64,000 nt of DNA. Origin: the human T2T-CHM13v2.0 reference genome, Homo sapiens. The stretch is taken from NCBI RefSeq assembly GCF_009914755.1, contig NC_060934.1. The stretch is one strand, 5' to 3'. The notes beneath the pieces were generated by a model that was given only the letters and a program-made list of their open reading frames with translations, searched no databases and was not told the DNA's origin. The first letter of the stretch is position 1; each line of letters begins with the position of its first letter. The translations under genes and the position numbers were made by a program. Of the stretch, positions 1-22,899 are shown one piece after another.

Positions 1-1388
1 AATCTTTTTACTTTTTTGATGTAGGCATTTATTGCCATAAACTTGTGTCTTGATACTGTTTTTGATGTATTCCGTAGGTTTTGATATGTTGTGCTTCTAT
101 TTTCATTTCCTTCAAGACTTTTAAATTTTCATTTTAAATTTTTCATTGACCCATTGATAATTCGGGAGCACGTTGTTTAATATCCATGTATGGTTTTAAC
201 TCTTCTTGTTGATTTCTGGTTTTATTCCATTGTGGTCAGAAAAGATACTTGATATAATTTCAATTTTTAAAAAATTCTGAAACTTATTTTGTATCCTACC
301 ATATGGTCAATCTTGGAGAATGTTCCATGTGATGATGAAAAGAATGTGCATTCTGCAGCTGTTGAGTGAGATGTTCCTTAAATGTCTGTTAGGTCCATTT
401 GGTCTATGGGGCAGTTTTGAGCCAATTTTTTTTTATTTTATTTTCTGTCTAGATGAGCTGTCCAATGGTAAGAGTGGGGTGATGCCCTCACTTATTATTG
501 TGTTGGAGGTTGTCTCTCCCTTTATATCTTACAACATTTGTCTTACATGCCTGAGTGTTCTGGCATTGGGTACATATATGAATCTAGTTCTAATATCCTC
601 TTGCTGATTTGACCCATTTATTACTATATAATGTCGTTCTTTGTTTCTTTTTGGAGTTTTTTTTAAACTTAAAGTCTATTTTAGCTAAGTATAGCTACTC
701 CTACCTGTTTGTGGTATCTATTTGCACGGAATAGCTTTGTCCTTCCCTTCACTTTCAGTCTATGAAAACTGTTTCTTTACAAATAAAGTGAGTTTCTTGT
801 AAGCACCATATAGTTGGGTCTTGTTTGTGTTGCTGTTTTTTTGCTTTTTAATCCATTCCATCAGTCTGTGCTTTTTACAGAAAATTTAATTGATTTACAT
901 TAATATTTACTATTGGTAGGTGAGGACTTACTCCTGCCATTTTATTAATGTTTTAGCTGTTTTGTGTATTCTTTGTTCCTTTCTTCCTCTCTTGTTTATC
1001 ACTGTGGTTTAGTGGTCTTCTGTAGTAATAACATTTTATTCATATTTCTTTCTCCTTTGTGTAACTGTTGTACCAATGAATTTTATATGTTTGTGTGTTT
1101 CATGTTAGTAGTTACCACCTTTTCTCTTTCAGATGTAGTACTTCCTTAACCATTTCTTTTAAGGTTCATCTAGTGACTGATGAACCCCTTATTTTTTGCT
1201 AATCTGAGAAAGACTTTATTTCTGCTTAATTTCTCAAGGACAGTTTTGTGAGTAAAAAGCTGGCATTCTTTTTTTCTTTCAGCATTTGAATGTGACGTCC
1301 TATTCTCTCAGGAACTGTTACATTTGTTCTGAGAAATCACTTTTAGTCTAGAGGGACTATCTTATATGTGAGTTGACACTTTTCTCTT
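1..1388 (-). mobile_element. Old LINE-1 (L1M/L1MA-like), ORF2 5' part/inter-ORF region; continues at 5802-7250
   Basis: Antisense L1 ORF2 endonuclease-like sequence. It breaks at TGAGTTGACACTTTTCTCTT and resumes after the matching repeat at 5802. Confidence 0.8.
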
Positions 1389-4300
1389 TTTTTCAACTTT
1401 CATTTTAGATTCAAGTGGTGCATGTGCAGGTTTGTCACAAGGGTATATTGTAACTTGCTGAGGTTTAGGGTATGATTGAACCTGTAACACAGGTACTGAA
1501 TACAGTACCCAAGAGGTAGTTTTTCAACCTTTTCCGCTTTCCTTCCCAGTCTTGTAGTCCCCAGTATCTATTGTTTCTTTCTTTGCGTCCCTGTTTGCCC
1601 AGTGTTTAGCTCCCACTTATAAGTGAGAACATACAAATATTCAGTTTTCTATTTCTGCATTAATTTGCTTAGGATAATGGCCTCCAGCTGCATCCATGTT
1701 GCTGCAAAGGAATTGATTTTATTCATTTTTATAGCTGTGTAGTATTCCATTGTATATATGTATCATATTTTTTTCCAATACACCTTAATGGGCATCCAGG
1801 TTGATTATATGTTTTTGCTATGTGAATAATGCTGTGACAAAAATATGAGTGCATGTCTTTTTGGTGGAACAATTTATTTTCCTTTGGATATGTACCCAGG
1901 AATGGGACTGCTGGGTCAAATGGTAGTTCTGTTTTTAGTTCTTTGAGAAATCTCCATACTGCTTTCCACAGTGGCTGAATTAATTTACATTCCCATCCAC
2001 AGTATATAAACACTCCTTTCTCTTCACAGCTTCACCAGCATCTATAGTTTTTTTTTTACTTTCTAATAATAGCCATGCTGACTGGCATGCGATGGTATCT
2101 CATTGTTGTGTTGAATTGCATTTCTCTGATGATTGATGATGTGGAGTAATTTTTATATGTTTCTTGGCCACTTACATGTTTTCCTTTGAGAAGTGTCTGT
2201 TGATGTCTTTTGCCTATTTTAATGGGGGTTTTGTATTTTTCTTGTTGGATATTAGACTATTGTTAGATGCATAGTTTCTGAATACTTTCTCTCATCCACT
2301 AGGTTGCCTATATATTCTGTTGATAGTTTCTTTTGCTGTGCAGAAGCTCCTTAGTTTAATTACATCCCACATGCCAACTTTTGTTTCATCGCAATTACTT
2401 TTGAGGACTTAGTCATAAATTGTTTCCCAAGACTGGTGTCCAGAATGGTTTTTCTTACATTTTCTTTTAGAATTATTATAGTTTAGGTGTTATATTTAAA
2501 TATTTATCCATGCTGAGTTAATTTTTGTATATAGTGAAAGGTAGGGGTCCTGTTTCATTCTTCTGCCTATGGCTAGCCAGCTATCCCACCACCATTTATT
2601 GAATAGGGAGTCCCTTCCTCATTGTTTATTTTTGTTGACTTTGTTGAGTATCACATGGCTGCAGGTGTGAAGCTTTATTTCTAAATTCTCTATTCTGTTT
2701 CATTGGTCTATGTGTCTGTTTTTGTACCAGTACCATGCTCTTTTTGTTACTGTAGCTTTGTAATAGTTTGAAGTTGGGTAATGTGATGACCCAGCTTTGT
2801 TCTTTTTGCTTAGGCTTGTTTCAGCCATTGGGCTCTTTTTTAGTTCCATATATATTTTTAGAATAGATTTTTTTCTAAATCTGTATAATGTTCGTAGTTT
2901 GATAGGAATAGCATTGAATCTGTAAATTGCTTTCAGCAGTATGGTGATTTAAATGATATTGATTCTTCCAGTACATGAATATGGAATATTTTTTCATTTG
3001 TTTGTGTCATTTATGATTTCTTTTAGCAGTTCTGTAGTTCTTCTTCTAGAGATCTTTCACCTCCTTAGTTAGAAGTATTCCTAGATATTTTATTTTTTCA
3101 TGACTATCGTTAATGGGATTGCATTCTTGATTTTGCTCTCAGCTTGAATGTTATTTGTATATAGAACAGTTACTGGTTTTTGTATGTTGATTTGATATCA
3201 TAAAATTTTACTCATCTTGTTTTTCAGTTCTTGGAGCGGCATTTTGGTAGAGTCTTTAGTGTTTTCTAGGTGTAGAATCATATCATCAGCTAAGAGAAAT
3301 AATTTGACCTCCTCTTTTCCTATTAGGATGCCTTTAACTTTTTCTCTTGCCTGGTTGCTCTGGCTAGCACTTCCAGTACTATGATGAATAGGAATGGTGA
3401 GAGTGGTCATCCTTGTCTTCTTCCAGTTCTTAAAAGGAAAGATTCCAGGTTTTGCTTATTCAGTGTGACATTGACTGTGAGTTTGTGATAGGTGGTTTTT
3501 ATTATTTGGAAGTATGTTCCTTCAATATCTAGTTTGTTGAAGGTTTTTATCATGAAGAGATACTGGATTTTACTAAATTTTTTTTCTGTGTCTGTTGAAA
3601 TAATCGTTTCATTTTGTTTTTAATTCTGTTTATGTGATGAATCACATTTGTTGATATGCATATGTTGAATCAAACTTGCACTTCAGAAAGGAAGCCTACC
3701 TGATCATGGCGAATTAAATTTTTGATGTGCTGTTTTATTCAATTTGCTAGTATTTTGTTGAGAATTTTTGCATCTATGTTCATCAGGGATATTGTCCTGT
3801 AGTGTGTTTTTGGTTTCGTTTTTTTCATGTTTTCTTCTCCAGGTTTTGGTATTAGGGTGATACTGGCTTTGAAAAAATGAGTTAAGGAAGAGTCCTTTCT
3901 CTTTGATTGTTTGAAAGTCCCAGTAGAATTAGTACCAGCTCTTCTCTGTAAATCTGGTAGTCTTCAACTATGAATTCATCTGGTCCAGGTCTTCCCCCAC
4001 CCCCACCCCTACCCCACCCCCCGTTGGTAGTTTTTTGGTTACCGGCTCAATTTCAGAACTTGATATTTGTGTGTTCAGGGTTTCAATTTCCTTCTGATTC
4101 AGTTTTGGGAAGTCTTATGTTTCCAGGAATTTATCCATTTCCTCTAGATTTTCTAGTTTGTGTACAAAAAGGTTTTCATAATATCTCTGAGGATGTTTCG
4201 TATTTCTATGGGATCAGTGGTAATGACACCTTTGTCATTTCTGATTGTGCTTATTTGGATCTTCTCTGGTTTTTTCCTTGTTAATCTAGCTAGAGTTCTG

Positions 4301-5428
4301 TCATATTTATCCTTTCAAATAAACAAGTTTTGGGATTTTTTAATTTTTTGTATGTATTTTTGGGTCTCAATTTCATTCAGTTACGCTTTGATTTCATTTA
4401 TGTCTTTTCTTCTTGTACTTTGGGGGCTTGTTTGTTCTTGTATTCTTAGCTCCTCTTGGTGTGTGTTGTTAGATCATTGATTTGAGATTTTTCTAACTCT
4501 TTGAGGCTGGTGTTCAGGATGATAAACTTTCCTCTCAACATTGCTTTTGCTGCATCTCAGAGATTTTGGTATGTTGTGTCTCAGTTTTTATTTATTTCAA
4601 AGAACATTTTTATTTATGCTTTAATTTTACTGTTTACCCAAAAGTCATTCAAGAGCAAGTAGTTTAATTTCCATATAATTCTGTGTGTTTTAGATATCCT
4701 TTTGGTATTGATTTCTATTTTTTTATTCCATTGGGTCTGAATGCATAATTGGTACAATTTTACTTTTTTTAATTTTTTGAGCTTCATAGTTGAGCATGTG
4801 GTCAATCTTGGAGTATGTTCTGTGTGCAGATGATAAAAATGTATATTCTGTGGTCAATGGGTCAAGTATTCTGTAGGTATCTATTAGATCCAATTGGTTA
4901 AGCGTTGAATTTATGTCCAGAATTTCTTTGTTAGCTTTCTGCCTCCATGATTGGTCTAATGCTATCCATGGGGTGTTGAAGTCTCCCACTATTATTGTGT
5001 TGCTAAGTGTCTCATATGTCTAGAAGTACTTGTTTATGAATCTGGGTGTGCCAGTGTTGTGTGCATATACATTTAGGAATGTTAACTCTTCTTTCTGAAT
5101 TGAACGCTTTATCGTTATGTAATGCCCTTCTTTGTCCTTTTTTAATGTTGTTAGTTTAAACTCTGTTTTATCTGATATAATAATAGTGACCCCTGCTGTT
5201 TTTTCATTTTCCATTTGTGTGGCATATCTTTTTCCAACCATTTACTTTGAGCATATGGGCATTATCACATGTGAGACGGGTTTCTTGAAGACAGCAGATG
5301 GATAACGCTTGTTATTTTATCCAACCTGACACTGTCTAATTTAAGTGGGGTGTTTAGACTATTTACATTCAAGGTTAATATTGATATGTGAGGTTTTCAT
5401 CCTATTGTGAAGTTGTTAGGTGGTTGCC
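1389..5428 (-). mobile_element. 5'-truncated LINE-1 (L1PB-like), ORF2 plus 3' UTR, inserted into the older L1
   Basis: T-rich tail and L1P-type 3' end at about 1390. ORF-track peptides match L1 ORF2p: GDFNTP...YTFLSSAHRTYSKIDH (endonuclease), LADDMIL (RT FADD motif), [18 protein letters not shown] (C-terminal). Confidence 0.9.
3994..4022 (-). repeat. (CCCCA)n-like tract; G-quadruplex-forming on the minus strand
   Basis: CCCCCACCCCCACCCCTACCCCACCCCCC: five C-runs of 4-6 nt with 1-2 nt loops. Confidence 0.85.
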
Positions 5429-5429
5429 T

Positions 5430-5737
5430 ATTCCGTGTTTCTCACAGAGTTGATCTTTATGGACCTCACAGATTCCCGTTTGCTCACAGAGTTCATCTTA
5501 ATGCAGCATCTTGTTATTTCCCAGTGACTGAGGCACACTAAAAGCCTCTAATCTGCCATCTCATTTCCATTTTCTGTATGTCACTTTTCTTTTTCTGTTT
5601 ATAAATCGTCCACCACATGGCTGTGCTTGAGCCTCTCTGAGCCTACTCTGGCTTGGGAGGCTGCCCAATTCATAAATCATTCTTTGCTCAATTAAGCTCT
5701 GTTAAATTTTATTTGTCCAAGGTTTGTTCTTTTAACA
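5430..5737 (+). mobile_element. 3' part of an ERV1 LTR (MER4/LTR8 group)
   Basis: Ends TCTTTGCTCAATTAAGCTCTGTTAAATTTTATTTGTCCAAGGTTTGTTCTTTTAACA, resembling MER4-group U5 ends. No 5' TG end is visible. Confidence 0.7.
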
Positions 5738-5801
5738 CACGAAAGCTTTTCTTTCTCTGAGACCCCTGGTGGCAATTGGATAAAGAATGGCTACTACATA
5801 C

Positions 5802-7250
5802 TGAGTGACATTTTTCTCTTGTGGGTTTTAGGATTCTCTGTCTTTGACTTTTGACAATTTGACTATAATGTGCTTTAGAGAGGACCCTTTTGCATGGAAT
5901 CTATTTGAGAATCTCTATACTTTTTGGAACTGGTAACCATACTATTGCAAGACTTGGGAAGTTAGCAACTATTATTTAATTAAATAGGTTTTTTTACACT
6001 TTTTCCCATCTCCATGTTCTCTTCTTGAAATCTCATATGGTGCCCCATGAGTCTTGTAGGCTTTCTTCATTCTTTCTTTTCACTTGGATTATTGCAAAAG
6101 ATCTGTCTTTAAGTTAATAAATGTTTTCTTCTGCTTGTTCTTGTCTGTTGTTGAACTCGATTGTATTTTTATTTCATTCACTGAATTCTTCAGCATCAAG
6201 ATTTATGTGGGTTTTTTTACAATATTTATCTCTTTGTTTAATTTCTTTCAGATCATGAATTGTTTTCCTGATTTTGTTGTATTGCTTACCTGTATTCTTT
6301 GTATCTTACTGAGTTTGCTTAAGAAAATTATTTTGAATTTTTTTCTGTTATTTTGCATATTTCCTTCTCTCTGGGATCTGTTACTGAAGAATTATTATGT
6401 TCCTTTGAAGTTGTCATGTTTCCTTGGTTTTTCATGTTTCTTTTGCCCCTATATTGATATCTGTACAGCTGGTAGAACAGTCATCTATCTCAATTTTATG
6501 GAGTAGCTTTCACAGAGAAAGACTTATTCCCATAGATGAGTTCTATGATGTCATTTGGTTGGGTTATGTTGGCTTTGGCTGTAGGTGGACACAGGCTTCC
6601 ATGAAGTTTCTTCAGCTGTAATCCATGTTAGCAATGTCTGTGAGTGCCTTGGTGGCCTACACTATGGGAGTTTGGCAGTGGTGGTGTGGCTTTGCTAGGG
6701 GTGAGTTTGCCAAACTATCTCTCAGGCCTGGAGTTTACACATGCATGCAGTGGGTTGACCAGTTTGGGACCTGGCTTGGCAGAGTTAGGGCCACTGGGCT
6801 TTTTCATAGGCCAGGGGCATGGGAGCATGAGATGGGTTGGCCTTTGGGGAACTGTTTTGCCAGGATCAGGGCCTCTGGGCTGTTTCATCAACGAGGGGTA
6901 CATGTCACAGTGGCTTGTTTGGTTCAAGGAAGGATCCACCTGAGGCAGGTCAACCAGGCTGGTTCTCTGGCTGCTTGGCTGGCTTGGGAGTAGGTCTTCT
7001 GGAGGTTGGCCTACTGAATTGTTTCTCCAGCTGAGGGCATGGACATACGGCTACTTGGCTGGCTCAGGGGCTTGTCCACTGGAAGCAGATCTTGAGGGCT
7101 GGTTCTCTGGCCAAAGGAAGAGGTCTTGCGGCTGCTCAGCTGGCTTAGGGGCATGTTCCCCAGACTGTTTCTCCTGACAGAGGGGTGGGTGTGGGGCTGC
7201 TCAGTGGGCTTTGGAGCATATCTGCTGAAGGAAAATCCACCAGATCCTAA
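5802..7250 (-). mobile_element. Continuation of the old L1 (ORF1 and GC-richer 5' UTR with degenerate tandem units)
   Basis: L1 ORF1-like antisense sequence, followed by repeated GGCT(G/A)CT(T/C)(G/A)G...GGCT units at about 6690-7250. Confidence 0.7.
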
Positions 7251-8034
7251 GGAAAGCAGCTAGACCTGCAAGGCCACGTTTTTAAATAACTGTGAGCAGA
7301 GTCAAAAATGGATTAAATATAGGACAGACTCAATAGCCTACAGAAAGCCCATTTTATGAAATATGTCAGGAAGTTACTCTTGCATCTAAGAAATTATTCT
7401 ATATTTGTCTCATCACATCCAGGTGAAACAGCTTTGTTATTATCTTAACACCCATGGGTTTTGAACAGCCATAGTAAGCTTTTCATAGCTCATAGGGAGT
7501 ATTTGTGCAGCTCAGTTAAATTATGACTTCTAATTAGGATTTAATTAAAATAGAAAGCAGCTTGTTTAGAACATGGCTTCGTATGTCGAGTTACAAAGCT
7601 TCATCTGCATCTTTGTTAAAGATTTTTAAAATCCTCTGTATGCTGAATTAAGGAAGAATGATTCTGAATACATTCTGTAAAACCTATGGGCTCCATAAAT
7701 AACCATTAGGAAATATTAGACAGAAATATGATAGAATCCCTGAATTTGTATTTATGCTTCCTTTCCTAAGCCCTATTTAAAGATGACACCCAAAAGACCA
7801 AAGTGATACATAATAGATTTAATCCACGATCCTCGACTTTGATCAAACAGTAGTGACTAAACTGAATGGGGTTTTGAGAAGACATGTCAGAGTTCAGCAG
7901 GAAAGAGTACATAGAAAAATTTTGATAAATTAAATACAGGGGAGGTGAATAATGGCATATGTATCACAGTAAGTAACTGAATACCTTGAAGCAATCTCTC
8001 CAATCAGAAAACACACAATCAGAACAGCGGTTGC

Positions 8035-8429
8035 ATCAAAGCCTCATGAATGCTTCATTTATTCATGTGGCCCAATATAATATCTTAAAATGATTATTTT
8101 CTGTATTTCCTTGTATATGACGGTCCCTATTCCAGTGGGTCTGAAACATCCACATTTTCTTTAGAAGAATCATATTTCTTATCAAGAGAAACAGTAAATG
8201 TTTGGTTTTATACCTCTAAAATGGTTTTTTTTACTCTTAACTTTTTAAAACTATTAACAGGAGCAATAGTTCTGAAATCCAAAAGTTTTTAATTGCAAGA
8301 GATAGGCTTCGTTGAAAGGGGGAAAAGCTTTTGAAAATCAAAGTAAAAACTCTGAAAGAGGCTGCACATAACAACAGATTTGAAAGACAGTGGAAGACAT
8401 AGACTGCCCCTAAGTAAGCGTAACCTGGG
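8035..8429 (-). other. Candidate terminal exon of the minus-strand unit
   Basis: Strong acceptor CTAATCTCTTTCATACTTACCCATCTCTTCCAG (AG at 8431-8430). A weaker acceptor CCATTTTAG lies at 8217-8216. AATAAA at 8063-8058 is followed by a GU-rich element TGTTCTGATTGTGTGTTTTCTG (about 8026-8005). Confidence 0.4.
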
Positions 8430-8729
8430 CTGGAAGAGATGGGTAAGTATGAAAGAGATTAGCAGGACAATAAAGATGATGGCCTCATGGAGAGGAGCAG
8501 ATTTGGCAGCCATTTGGGAAAAAAATATGTTAGTATATGCATAAAATATAATCATCAAGGTTATAAATGTTTAGTTATTTTATATGCTCAAAAATATATT
8601 GCATGCTACATTTAATCATACTGTAATGTACAAAGTATGTGTCTTAACAGAGCACTACAGGGTGACTATGATATATGAAGCCCTAGAAAACATAAGGCTG
8701 AAAGGTGTGCTCTGGATTTTGCCATAGGA

Positions 8730-8781
8730 GTCACCCAAGCAACCATCTTAGCTGGAATCTGGCCATGTGGAGCTGACGTCC
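8730..8781. promoter_or_regulatory. RFX X-box plus CRE-like module
   Basis: GTCACCCAAGCAAC (8730-8743) fits GTNRCC-N0-3-RGYAAC. TGACGTCC lies at 8774-8781. Confidence 0.4.
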
Positions 8782-8810
8782 ACAGCACACTGCCAGTTCG
8801 CTCCCCTTAC

Positions 8811-8872
8811 ATGGTACTCCCTCTTCATGCTGATGATATTTTAATAAGCTTTTTTTTGTTGGGGGGGGAGAT
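8811..8872 (-). other. Candidate internal exon (62 nt)
   Basis: Acceptor TTTATTCTTTATTCTCTTTCCTCTATTCAG and donor CAT|GTAAGG. Reads SPPPTKKSLLKYHQHEEGVP in the phase that follows the 467-nt exon. Confidence 0.55.
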
Positions 8873-9269
8873 CTGAATAGAGGAAAGAGAATAAAGAATA
8901 AAATCATAGGGGAAGAGATTATCTGGACAAAGGGAAACTCTGAGATCATGCGCTGAGATCATTTTGGACACATAGCTGCCTATTATTACTCCCTCTGGCA
9001 TGGTCATAATTGAGATACATGTAGCTAGACATTTATGTTGCATTCCTTATCTGCCATTGGCCTTACTGCTTGGGAAGAAATTCTGCAGCTGAGGTCATAC
9101 ATTATAATTACCATCTAACATCATCATGAATTTTTTTTAAATGGACAGTTAAACACACACCAAAAAAATAAAATAAAAGCTAATTTTTAATTAAATAAAA
9201 CATGGTTTTGTGAAAAGCTTACTATGTATATTATGCTTATTTTCCACCTTCTGCCCCTCATTAGGAAGA

Positions 9270-9665
9270 AGGTTGGCTTACATTTTTTGCAGAGGTATTT
9301 GGGAGAATGCTCTCAAGGGATACAGCTGTGGTAAAGCGAGGAAGACAAGATGGGGCAAAGGGTGAAGCTGACCTGCATTGCTGCTGCACCTGAACTTCAT
9401 TTAGCCTTACAGGGAGCTTTGGACCAAGCACGACACTTCAGAGTTATCTCAAACTGAGGCATGGGGCTGGGACTTTGTGTCCTGCCTCAATCAGTCATTG
9501 GCCATAGAATTCCTCCTAGAGCAGGTATAATTTTAGATGAGGCAGTTCCCTGAGGCTGAGGGCAATTTCAATGAAGAGTGTAACTATGAACCACTGGATG
9601 CCAGTATTTCTAGCACCAGGGAATAAACATGCCAGTCCTGATGAGAAGAGTCAGTAACAAATCTC
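9270..9665. mobile_element. ERVL LTR (LTR16-like), old
   Basis: Motifs ACAGGGAGCTTTGGA...CTTCAGAGTTATCTCAAACTGAGGC...GAGGCAGTTCC...GCTGAGGGCAATT resemble the LTR16 consensus. Confidence 0.65.
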
Positions 9666-10185
9666 AGTATACATTTCAAACTTCCATGTGCAGCAACATC
9701 ATTTTAAATATTAACATTAGAAACTATTATCTAGGCAATTCTTCAGTTCTCCCCTTTGCAAAGACTCAATAAATGCAGACTCCCATTATTCCTCCACCAG
9801 CTTACCAGATTTCATCTACAAACTGTAGTGCTGGATATAGATGACTTGAGAATCTAGGTGTGCATGGAATGTGATGTATGACTATAGTGGTGTTTCGGGA
9901 ACCTGTATCTGTTTGGCTATCTAGCACATCTTGAGACCATGTAAGAGGATTAGAGAAATGCGCAGGTTTCTTACTTCTTAATTTTCTTTTTCCTAGGATT
10001 TTATATACAAATACACTTAAGCCACCTCTGATGTTGTAAGGTTAGCCGTGTCACCTGTCACAGGTGGTGTGAACACTATGAGTTGCTGACTCGTGTCCCT
10101 GTAAATTGCAGAAGCAGGGATATTGGAATCCAGTAGTGGTGGTCTGTGCTGATGCGCACGTCTTTCCTGGCTTGAATCCTTTTCA

Positions 10186-19551
<9,366 letters not shown>

Positions 19552-19623
19552 TGGCCCTAAAGAAGACCCAACCTTCACACCAGAGGAGATGCATTCTGCC
19601 CATCATGATCATGATAGGTTGTA

Positions 19624-19658
19624 CCACGTCATTAGACAGATATTGCTTAGCAACCAAT
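19624..19658 (-). promoter_or_regulatory. Compact RFX X-box, CCAAT and CRE/ATF promoter module (spermatid/ciliated-cell type)
   Basis: GTTGCTAAGCAAT (19654-19642), CCAAT (19654-19658 on plus) and TGACGTGG (19631-19624), all within 35 bp of unique sequence. Confidence 0.55.
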
Positions 19659-20099
19659 ACAGTAAAAAAAAAGGGGGGGTAAGTAAATGAGATGGGAATA
19701 GATTGGGATAGAGTGTCAATCTCTTGTACTCCATTTTGTGACTTGGGCAGACGGGACAGGGCCCCCCCAGGAAAAGAGCTCAAGGATTAGCCCAGTTCAG
19801 CCTTTGACATTTGTCCTGCTATTAGGAAAAAATTCCTCAACCTTTGGCAACTGTCTCTAATAGGCTAGTGACATGGTCTATTAACGCACATCAAAACAAA
19901 TTCTGACATCTTTTTCCAACCACATTCCCACTCCTCTCCTTTAGGAAATGAGCAAGCTGGAATGAGGGCAGCTAGTACTTGTCTTCTCCCCTGAGCCAGT
20001 CATAGAACCCCATTTCCTGTAATAGATCTCTTGTCTCCAAGAGCGTCTGTTCATTCAATATGAAGTTATTGGGCACTCACCCTACTATATTAACAGGTC

Positions 20100-20290
20100 C
20101 TGTTTATTGAATGTTCACTGTGAATTCAGGCACAGCATTAAGTGCTTTTATAAATGTATCATGTTGTTTAAGATTTCCACAATGTTGTAACATGTATGTT
20201 TTCCATCTCACATGGAAGGAACTGAGGCACAGAATTTTTAAGCAACTTCACCAGCAGGCAATATAAAGCATGGTCTAACTCCATTATCTC
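20100..20290. mobile_element. MIR
   Basis: TTTATTGAATG...GGAACTGAGGCACAGA. Confidence 0.7.
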
Positions 20291-21609
20291 ACCACTATAC
20301 TAAGCCTGGAAAAAAAAATAAGAGATGTTTTCTGTCCTCAAGGAGCATGGAGCCCAGTAAGAGAGATGTGCATGTATACAACCCACAAAATTCATTGACA
20401 AGTGCTCCAAAGAAGGTCCATAAGCACTGCTCCTTTTCAAAATATGAGTCCTTCATACTGACATCAGCTAATGACACTTGGTAATGTACCAACGCATTCA
20501 TACTGTGCATGAGGCATGGATATTGTCAACAGATCTATAACAATGCTGCATGAGAATCTATCTGAGCCTTGACAGCATCTAAAACCTTAAGCCTTTGGTC
20601 ATGACAGTGTTTTCACCTGTATTACGAAGGAATGCTCAGTCAAGCCTGAGAAAACAATGAGCCAGGTGAAGACAACCTGCAGGACATAAGCAAACACTCA
20701 CAGAACCTGCCTCAGCCTGAGATAAGTAATGACTGGAAATGCTCTTCCCTAGCAGGAAGCCCATAGAGCAAGGTTAACAGAGCCCTTGGTAAGCCCCAAG
20801 ACCTAAGATTCCTGGGTTAAGGGATTTTACAAGGATCATATTGTAAAGTCCTGACGGGCTTCCTCACTTTGTTGGCTTTGATGGGTCAGTAGGCAATAAA
20901 GGTTTACTCTGAGATCTGATGATTTTGGCCACAGGACAAAAGAACAGCCTTGAGTCTCTACCCTAAATTGATATGCAGTCTGAGTCACTGAGATAAATGC
21001 ATGCTTCCTCCACCCCAGCCTCTAGACTGAAAAAGAAGGATTACTCATTTATGGAACAATAAATAAAGGGAGCTGATAGCCACAGAGAAAGAAAGGGCAA
21101 GAGCAAGAATTTAGAAAACTGACCACGAACAGGCATAGACATGAAATTGGAGGGTCTCTTTTAAAGCTCAGGTCCCCTGCAACTTCCTCTAGCAAACTCT
21201 GATTTTTAGTCTTCTGACCCAAGTTAGAATTAAGTTAGAAGATGTCACTCACATCTTGATTCCTTCGGAGAAGTATTCACCTCTATTACAGCATTTCATG
21301 CCACATTGTAATATTGCCTCTCTTGTAGGATTAAGACCTCCATGAGGGCAGTGAATGTGCGATGTATATCTTAATAACCACAGCTTCCCACACATGGGAG
21401 GCAGCAATGCTTAACAGAAGACAGGGCCTCAGAGTTGCACCCACCTGGAGGGGACAGCCCTCAGAAATGAAAGGACCACATAGCCCAAAATGAAGATGTG
21501 AGATTGAGGATGCACCCCCTGAAATTTACCTCTTGAGTCAGTTCCCAGGGTCACAACTGCCAATTGCAAGTACGCAGATGAGAGTGAAATAACTTTGATA
21601 ACACCACAT

Positions 21610-22684
<1,075 letters not shown>

Positions 22685-22899
22685 AGCATGTTAAATGGGC
22701 CAAAAGATCACAGGCTCCAGAATTTCAAGTGCACCTTGAAGTCAAAAAGTCAGTGAACAAGCCCACAAGAGGAACTTAGGTAAATGTCTATGAGCCCCAA
22801 TCTTCTGCTCCACAGTCAAATTGCATAGGACATCCTTACACCAAGCTTAGCACCGTATTCCACTGGACAATTGTGGCTTAAGGAACGAGCACAGGAATT

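Noticed and set aside
3970-6506. Long hydrophobic plus-strand ORFs (104-140 aa)
   Set aside because: Antisense translations of T-rich L1 sequence.
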